Below are positions 56,178 through 64,000 of a stretch of 64,000 bases of DNA, one piece after another (positions within the stretch are counted from its first letter, which is position 1; the number at the start of each line of letters is the position of its first letter). Below the pieces are notes generated by a model. The model was given only the letters and a program-made list of their open reading frames with translations. It was not told the origin of the DNA and made no database searches. Source of the DNA: Camelus ferus (lineage: Eukaryota); NCBI RefSeq assembly GCF_009834535.1, contig NC_045698.1, positions 8,124,001 through 8,188,000 of the forward strand, read 5' to 3'. The position numbers were made by a program, and so were the translations under genes.

Positions 56178-58989
56178 CCCTCCTCTGTGCCCCACCAGCT
56201 TTGTCACTGCTGGTAGCAATCACCTACCTGAACTTACGCGCTTCATAGAGTGCTTGATTTCAGCCTTTCCTGCCTGGAATGTGAATGCCACAAGGACAAA
56301 GACCCTCTGTGCGGCTGCTAGTAAGTGCTTAACACAGACATTTAAAGAAAGAATGTATCAGCTACCTGCGCCTGTGGTGACATAGTAAAAACTCAGTATA
56401 TTAAGATCTGACTTCATCAGTTGCTGCTGAAGTGACTTATTGTTTGATCAGTGGCAGTTTTTATGTTTTAACGTCTGGGGGAATCCCGTAAGACATCTCC
56501 ATAAGGTACCACCAGGAGACCCCTCCTTCCACTGTGCCCCGGGCAAAAGTCTGCTTATTCTGACTTTGTCTTGGGCGCTTTCTGCCTCTTTACTTTTGCT
56601 CACTTCCAGCAGCTTTCATCTGACACTCGTGTTTGTGTGCTGGGTACCTATGGTGCCCTGACAGTTTCAAAACCCAATTATACTTTCATTAAAAATTTCA
56701 GCCAGGCTTTAAACTTTGTGCTTGATTCCAGGAGACCCTGATAACACAGATGAGAATGATGCTTTTACTGAGAAATTTGCACTGCTTTCTCTTACTTAGG
56801 GAACGGATAAGGAGCACTTGGTATTTTATGTCTTTGCTTGTCCCTTTAATTCCTAGGTCTGCCGCTGAGCCAGTGACCTCTTTGGAGAAGGTATAACATG
56901 CTTCTTAAATGTCTATGTGATAAAAGGAAATCTAAGAAAAGGAAACTGAACGTTAGCTGAAAACTACCAGGTAGCAATACAGTCTGGAGGGAAAGATAAG
57001 GACAGCTTACTGGAGGAGATGACTTCACCCTGCGTGCTACCTGGGTGTTTACCCTCAACTTCCGCCCACACCTTTCATGGCTAACTTCCTTTTGGCTCTG
57101 TAACACCACAGGGAGCTGGGGAAGTTAAGTGTGAGTGAATCTGGAAAAGAAACAAAAGGATGTACGCAGAATCAGACAACATCACGTCTGGAACCATGAC
57201 AAACTTCTAAAGAAGAGACTGTCTTGTTTATGTTTCAAAAACTTGGCCCAGAGAGTGTATGATGAAGTAATTTCACAAGGAATGAACAATTCAAGGATGT
57301 CACCAACTAATGTGAATAAATTCATGTCCAGGAAAGGACTTGGGGTCTCCAGAGTCCAGGTGACAGTCCCCAACCCCTGGTGGAGTGAGAGGAACAGCAG
57401 GACTTGGATCCAGGTCTTAGGGCTTCAAGGGCAGGATGGGTGACCTTGAACCCACATCCAGAGGCTCTCCATCCTGTCAGGTCTGACTGAAGACCTGGTT
57501 TCCACCATAATAGAGACTAAAACAAACCAGTCCTCTTTCCCTGAGCATCACATCAATACTGTGAGCCACAGTATTAATATATTTCTCACTTTGATTATTC
57601 TAATTACTATGAAAAATCTTACACTCTTAAACCACTTTAGAATCCGCTGTTGCCATGCTTGCCAGGAGTTATGAAAATACTCACTTGACAACGATGTCTC
57701 TTACCTTTACTACGATTACATAAGAATATATGGGATTATATTTTATAGCATTTTAATAACCTGATCTCTCAACAATTCTCTTGCTTATATAGAATTAAGT
57801 ATATTCACAGTAATTAGATGAAAATGACAGACTGTAAATCAAGAGCAAGTAATTCATTTCTGTCAAACTGCACATGATCATTCTATTCGGATTTTATAGT
57901 AACTTATATGATTGATTCTTGATTTTTTGAATATGTTCTGATTTGAGAACTCAATAAGATAACCTTCCTTTGCCATAATAAGCAGAATATATTAAGCTCC
58001 TAAAATTTTCTCCCTATGGAACATTGAGATTTTCTAAAATATGGTGGAATTTCAGTTTCTCAATGTGCAACAAAAGGAAATAATTGCTATTTCAAAATAT
58101 AATATTTAAGCAAATTAACGATCTTTATAAACACATGAACCGTTTTCCCCCAAGCTGTCTATTGTCTTTCTGATTTTGACTGACAAATATTTTTATCAAG
58201 TTTTGGCTAAGACGTAATGAGTTTGTGTCTCCAAGGATGCGAGGATTAAATAAGCTACTCGGTCTATGGTGGTTTGGGTCGAGCTGTACGTTATGTGAGA
58301 AGCTAATGACCCTGAGCCTCAGTCAACAATTTTTTTTTTTCCCCAGTAAAGCAACAGCAATTCCCCTAGTGACTCCGTGACACATACTTGTTAGAATTGA
58401 AATGACACAGCTGGCAGCCACACAATAGTGGCGGGGTGACGGTTTACACACTGTTTAGGACGGCACGTCTTAAACAATGCAAAGTGTTGGAAAACTGGTC
58501 ACTGTGTGAGGCTAGAGTCAGTCAGTACACTGAAGCAGTTATTGCTCGCCTTACTCGTCAAGAGTAAGGGTTTATTTACTAAGATCCAAATTTTATTTTA
58601 ATCAGACCTTGGAAAAGAAAATAACAAAAGCTTGGAAACACAACAAATGAAGTCCGATGTGCTTAGGGGTTGAGATTGGTCGCCACTGCCGTAACTTTTC
58701 AAGCTGATTTTAGACTGTGTTTAGTGTTGTTTTAGTCTCTTCTGAGTCAGGACTAAGACGCTGGCTCTCAAGGGCAGCCTGCCAGGCCCAGCTTAGCCTT
58801 AGCCATTTCGCGTCTGCTCTAGCTAATGAGTCCACTGATTGAACAATCACGAAAACAAGGGGCGAGCAGAATCTGATGGGTGTGTGCTAATTACATGAAA
58901 GGTGTCAAAGAGCCCCTGGATACCGATGTGTTACGTTCATATATCATGACTATAAAACAAGGCGTATTGTTCTAGTATTTCGCAGAATG

Positions 58990-59378
58990 TTGTGCGGATC
59001 ATTTTCTTTGCTACCCCATTCATTCTCTGTCTCAGAGGCTGTATCCCAAGGGTCCCCTGGCATTTGGTTTTATGACTGGACTTGGCCAGTGGGAGGCATG
59101 ACAAGGACATCGGAAGGCAGGAGGAGAGAGAGGCTGGGCTATTTATTCCTCTGCTCCCACCAGCCATGCCTCTTGACTCTGCTGGCACCAGTTCACCGAT
59201 GTTTCCTCTGGAACTAAGGGTGGCAAGGGTTTCCATCTGTTGCTGCTCCCTGAGTACCTCTGCAGGCATTGACTGCTCCCTTAATCTTGCTCACTCCTTT
59301 GTAAATAGTCCCTTAATTAAATTCTTTTCACTTAAACTCTTTTTGAGTAGAATATGTTTCCCATCTGGACCTTGTTAC
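58990..59378 (+). mobile_element. ERVL-class solo LTR (LTR16/LTR33-like)
   Basis: ttggccagtgggaggc...ggaaggcaggaggagagagaggctgggctatttattcc and ttgtaaatagtccc...attaaa are typical of this old LTR group. Family name from recall. Confidence 0.65.
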
Positions 59379-60039
59379 GAAAATACAAACAGCAATTGAG
59401 ACTTTTATGTTACGATATTCTAAGTACTTAAAATTAGCAATAATTGATCCCCCAAATGATAGTTATCTCGTCAATATTTTAATATTAATTCCCTAAATTT
59501 TACTCAATTGGTTCAGTCTAAAACTGACTCTGAAAATACTAAAAACAAATAAACGTTTCTTAAGAACAACAATATTCCATATTTCACTGTGGTTCAGATC
59601 CTTTGGCACAAAACTTTCCAGTGGCACTTTCGTCACCTGTGGTTCTTGTTTGGTTTTTTTGATTTTTTGTTTTGTTGTTTTTTGCTTTAGTTCCTTTCCT
59701 GTCTTCAAACAAGGAAACTTTTCTTCCAAAAGAACAATTAACTAAAACTCTAGGAGTCTTCAAAAAAGTAATTCAATACATGACAACATTAACGAATCCT
59801 TCTGATAACCAAAAATTCAGCAATTAGCAAATATATCTCAAAAAAACTTTAACTGGAGTATTTTATTTTCCTGTAATAAAGATACATCTTTTGTAGGTAA
59901 TCTTTGAAAACATTTGCAGAAATACAAAAGTGATCACTAAAAGTTATTTCTGTATCTCCTGTGTGTAGAATGCCTCAATTTAGAAAGTTCTGGATTATTA
60001 GTTGATTTAAAGATGTTAAAAAGTTCATGTGTTTATTCT

Positions 60040-61130
60040 TTCTGTTATTTTATTTATCTCTTCTAGTATTCATTTCTGTCTTCTACTCTTTCGTTTCATG
60101 TTACTTTATTTCTGCATTGCTTTTATTATTTCCATTTTCTTGGCTGCTTCCTGTTTTTTTAGCTGCTTTTAAGGTGTTCCAATAATGAGTATAATATCCT
60201 TTTATTTTGTCTTTTATCTTTAATAATAAGATTATGATTTCCTCTCAGTGTAGTTTTTTTTTTTTACCATGCCCTATGTTTTCATATAAAATATAGCTAT
60301 TTTATTTGTTTTGTAAACAGTACATGATTTTCTTTTTTACTTCCATTTGATTCAGTAGCTCCAAAAGTGTTTCTTGATTTTAATGTGATTACATTTTACT
60401 TATCACTTTATTATTTACTTTTAATTTTTACTGCATTATTATCAAAGAATTTGGCCTTTTTATACTTTTAATTATTAGAATTATCTTTACAGTCTCGTAG
60501 CTGATCAGTACTTGTGAATCTTCCAGATATATATATAACAAATGTTTATTATTATTCGAAAAAGATAACTTTTACAATTTACTTAAGGCATTAATTTGTT
60601 ATTTATTCCAACTTTCTATGGCCTTTCCTTCTAGTATTTAGCCTGATTCTGAGAAATGTCCACAATGTACTTCATCAACTTCTTTCATTTTTAATAATTT
60701 TTAATATTCAGATGTTACATTGTTTGGTGCACATATGTTCACCATATTTTACCACACAATGGTAAGTTATTTCACTGTGTAATTCCTTTTTGACCCTGCT
60801 TAATGCTCCTGCATTAAATTCCACCCCATCTCACATTATTCTTCCCAATTCCACCCTTTGTGTTCATTGTATTGCTGTCACTACTTTGTCTATTCCTTTA
60901 ATTTCAACATTTAGCTCATTAACATAAGTGTGTATATTAAGTATAACATCACTATTTTATCTTCATTTACTACAAACTTGAATTTTTATTCTCTTTCAAA
61001 AAATTCAGTGCACTTACAGGTAGTGCTAGATTGATATACTTGACTTATCACTTCTATTTTAATTTGTTTGCTTCTTAATTTACTCTTTTCTTCCTTCTTT
61101 TTTTTTTTTGTACTTCCTATGAATTAAAGG
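60040..61130 (-). mobile_element. Old, highly diverged L1 fragment
   Basis: About 1 kb of strongly T-skewed AT-rich sequence with L1 ORF2 antisense-like segments (tatgttttcata..., tgtttggtgcacatatgttc). Boundaries approximate. Confidence 0.5.
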
Positions 61131-62217
61131 TTATCCCTCTGCTAAAATCATAATAAAATATATTTCTCCATTATTATATAAAAATAAGATAGCCAAAATC
61201 ATCCCCCAGATACACTATTTTATCTCTGCTTTTCTTACTTTCTAAAAAATGAGTACATGTGCCTCAGTATTAAGTAAACATAGTTCTAACTACAGTTGCT
61301 CCTACAAAAGAAATGTATCTATAGACTTTGAGAAAGAAGAGGTAATAATTTTACATTTTAACATATGAAATACAGAGAACAAGTATAATACAAATCATGC
61401 AGCTCACTTTAGGAGTTTTATTGAGGGGATGCGTATGGGTTAAAACAAATCTGGATATTCATGATGGTGTTATCCTAAGATTAGTGGGTGTCATAAAGAT
61501 CACAGAGAAAATGAACTCACATGTAAATTAAATGGTTTTAAGATCACTATGCTATCTTATTCTTATATCTTCCTTTTACATAGCAAAAATACATGGGTAT
61601 TTAAGGAAATTCTATTTTTTTAAATTAAGGAATAAAATGCTCCACTGATTTCTGATGTAGGAATTATCAGGGTAATGTATTTTTTAGTGATTTAATTTTT
61701 AGCTTTTTGTGGGATTTTAGTTAAATAGGTCAAGAGAATTTTATGATTTATTAAAGTGAGGTTTGTTTCAACCCATAGAACTTTTATTTCTAAGCCTCAA
61801 CCACTCTGGTTGAAAAATATATAATTATGTAGAAAGAAAGACATCTTTAAATATCCTCTTGAGAGTAAGACAGCCATGCAAGATAGCTAAATACAGAAAT
61901 GTAAGGAGTTCCTGCATGGTACTATAGCATAGTACTAAATAGTACTGTGCAGACTGCATGATTTTTTCTATTTTGTTATATAATTGCTCTACTGTTTAAG
62001 ATCCCTACCAACAATAATCTGTAGGAGTAAAGCATTGAGTGTTAATTTTAAAGGAGACACTGTTGATTAAACAACTGTATGATGAGTTCACACAATGTGC
62101 TAGTTTAGGTGCCAAAAAGGGTATCAGAGAACTGGTGAGAATCACCAGCATGTCAATAATTGGTGAGAACTCCAGAAGCCAATTACTTACTTAAGAGAGT
62201 TTGACTATACTTCAGTA

Positions 62218-62218
<1 letters not shown>

Positions 62219-62268
<50 letters not shown>
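62219..62268. repeat. Compound (TA)11(GA)14 microsatellite
   Basis: Read directly. It lies about 230 nt into the intron after the 117-nt exon. Confidence 0.95.
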
Positions 62269-62272
<4 letters not shown>

Positions 62273-62482
62273 ATAATCAAATGTGAGTCAATGTCAGGTA
62301 ATGCAAGAAGGGAGTAAATGAGAGTGGAGTGAAATGGCTAAAACACGTAGAAACACCTCTGGAAGTCCTACAAGATATGGCTCATGATATTAGTTATATT
62401 AATATTATAATTAGTTGCATTAATATTATAAAATTAACATTAATGGCATAATACACTTAAACTTCAATTGTCTTCAAGCTTA

Positions 62483-62680
<198 letters not shown>

Positions 62681-62992
62681 TCATTTAATAATCAAGAGTA
62701 ACCTAACCAAAGACATTACTTTTATGAAGTTCTCATTAGACATCACATTGTAGTCCTTGGTCAACCACTATTAAATACCAAGGCCAGCCAATTCTATGTA
62801 TCCATACAGAACAAAAAATTACTAGGGAATTGGAAGAACTTAACTGCCATGAACTCTTGAGCTATTACAACAGCTTCACTTAATTGTCATGTCATGATGT
62901 TGTCATACACACTTTCATAAGTGTCTTTTTAAAATTCACATGAGATATATGTAGAAGCAAGTATAAATGTTCATCAAGAAGCTATACTTTAC

Positions 62993-63027
62993 CTTGTGAT
63001 TGCCAGTGAAACTGCTCTTCTGTTGAA
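62993..63027 (-). CDS. CTNND2: CTNND2 (delta-catenin) coding exon, 35 nt, equivalent to human exon 4
   Basis: Minus strand reads ttctcttttttacag|T TCA ACA GAA GAG CAG TTT CAC TGG CAA TCA CAA G|gtaaag, giving (S)STEEQFHWQSQ(D). This resembles delta-catenin SAEEQFQWQSQD. A branch-point-like tctaac lies upstream, and phase 2-1 joins the next exon in frame. It is too short to appear in the ORF track. Confidence 0.93.
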
Positions 63028-64000
63028 CTGTAAAAAAGAGAATACAAAGGTATAACACACTGGTTAGACACAGAAGAACCTAGACTATGAGACGCAAAGG
63101 CACATTCGGGCAGTGATGGTGGCTCCATGGCACTCCCTTCAATTTTCTACTGAGAAAAGGGATCCCATTTTGATGCCATCTCAACTTCAATCCCATTTGA
63201 TATGCAGCCTCTTTTGATTCACAGATATTAGCGTGTTATCAATGGACATCGTTTAGTAATTTTCAGAAGAACAGCTCATGTTTTACAAATCCCAGCCTAT
63301 TATACTCAGTCCTTAACCATTGTTTCTACTTCCATGCAGTTCTATCCAATTTTAGTTATTTTAAAATACAAGTCTGAATAGATTCACGTAGATTTCGTGA
63401 TATTCTAATAAAGAAATAACTTTCTCCATCTTCATCATAAAGAGATAAAATAAATCTATAACTTATTCAAGACATATAAGCACTTCCTTTCATTTATTAT
63501 GCTTTAAATTAAGGAATTTTAAAATTGTAACACTTTATCACCAATTGAATATACAGTTCCCAAATTCTCACTTTACAGATACATCTCATAAAATGACCCA
63601 AGCAGAAAGGGTTACTCATATAAATGATATACCAAAGATACTGCACAGATTTTATCTTTGCAGGCACAGAAATTTATTTTGAATAAGTTATTAAAATACA
63701 TAAATAAATTTAAATTTTCTAAATATAAACAACTTTCATTATATATGCAAATACTTCCAACATACTCTTTTTTACACGCCAATAATTGGTGAGAAATCTA
63801 GATGCCAATTACTGACATGGATCATTTTGAGAATGATTTTCTATACTGATTTCACTAAATCTTTTACTCTGATCAAGCAGCTCCTATGAATAGCTCATCA
63901 GTCTCACAAGAGCAAGTAGGTTTTAGAACTTTAATCTGTACCTTAGAGATGGCTTCTGAATACATTTGTAGGGGTAGGGGGAGGGAATTCTGGTATAAAT

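Noticed and set aside
57555..57575. Perfect 9-bp hairpin aatactgtg-agc-cacagtatt
   Set aside because: About one such stem is expected by chance in 64 kb of AT-rich DNA, and it is too short for a pre-miRNA.
61912..61952. Imperfect 14-bp inverted repeat (ctgcatggtactat / atagtactgtgcag)
   Set aside because: Short, built on repeated tagtact units, with no supporting context.

Overview
This window is mammalian nuclear DNA, most likely from a camelid, judged by four copies of a tRNA-derived SINE resembling Vic-1 and matching lineage-type L1 3' ends. It lies entirely inside CTNND2 (delta-catenin) on the minus strand. Five consecutive coding exons were resolved to the base, with GT-AG boundaries and consistent phases: 62993-63027 (35 nt), 62500-62616 (117 nt), 46666-46841 (176 nt), 31496-32066 (571 nt) and 9232-9426 (195 nt). 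From memory of the human gene these are exons 4-8, encoding the disordered, proline-rich N-terminal region before the armadillo repeats. The remaining ~98% is intron, with an intragenic CpG island over the 571-nt exon, LTRs, L1/L2/MIR/hAT remnants and microsatellites. Nearly all ORFs in the supplied track are chance ORFs. I found no evidence of a new multi-gene system. The best leads are regulatory or evolutionary: a candidate internal promoter at the CpG island, a coding GCC/CCG repeat with altered length, a SINE copy with a strong AT-to-GC substitution bias, an RBFOX motif beside a skippable exon, inverted SINEs flanking an exon, a nested transposon stack and a poly(A)-only retro-insertion. 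Repeat family names and human comparisons come from recall, not from a database search.
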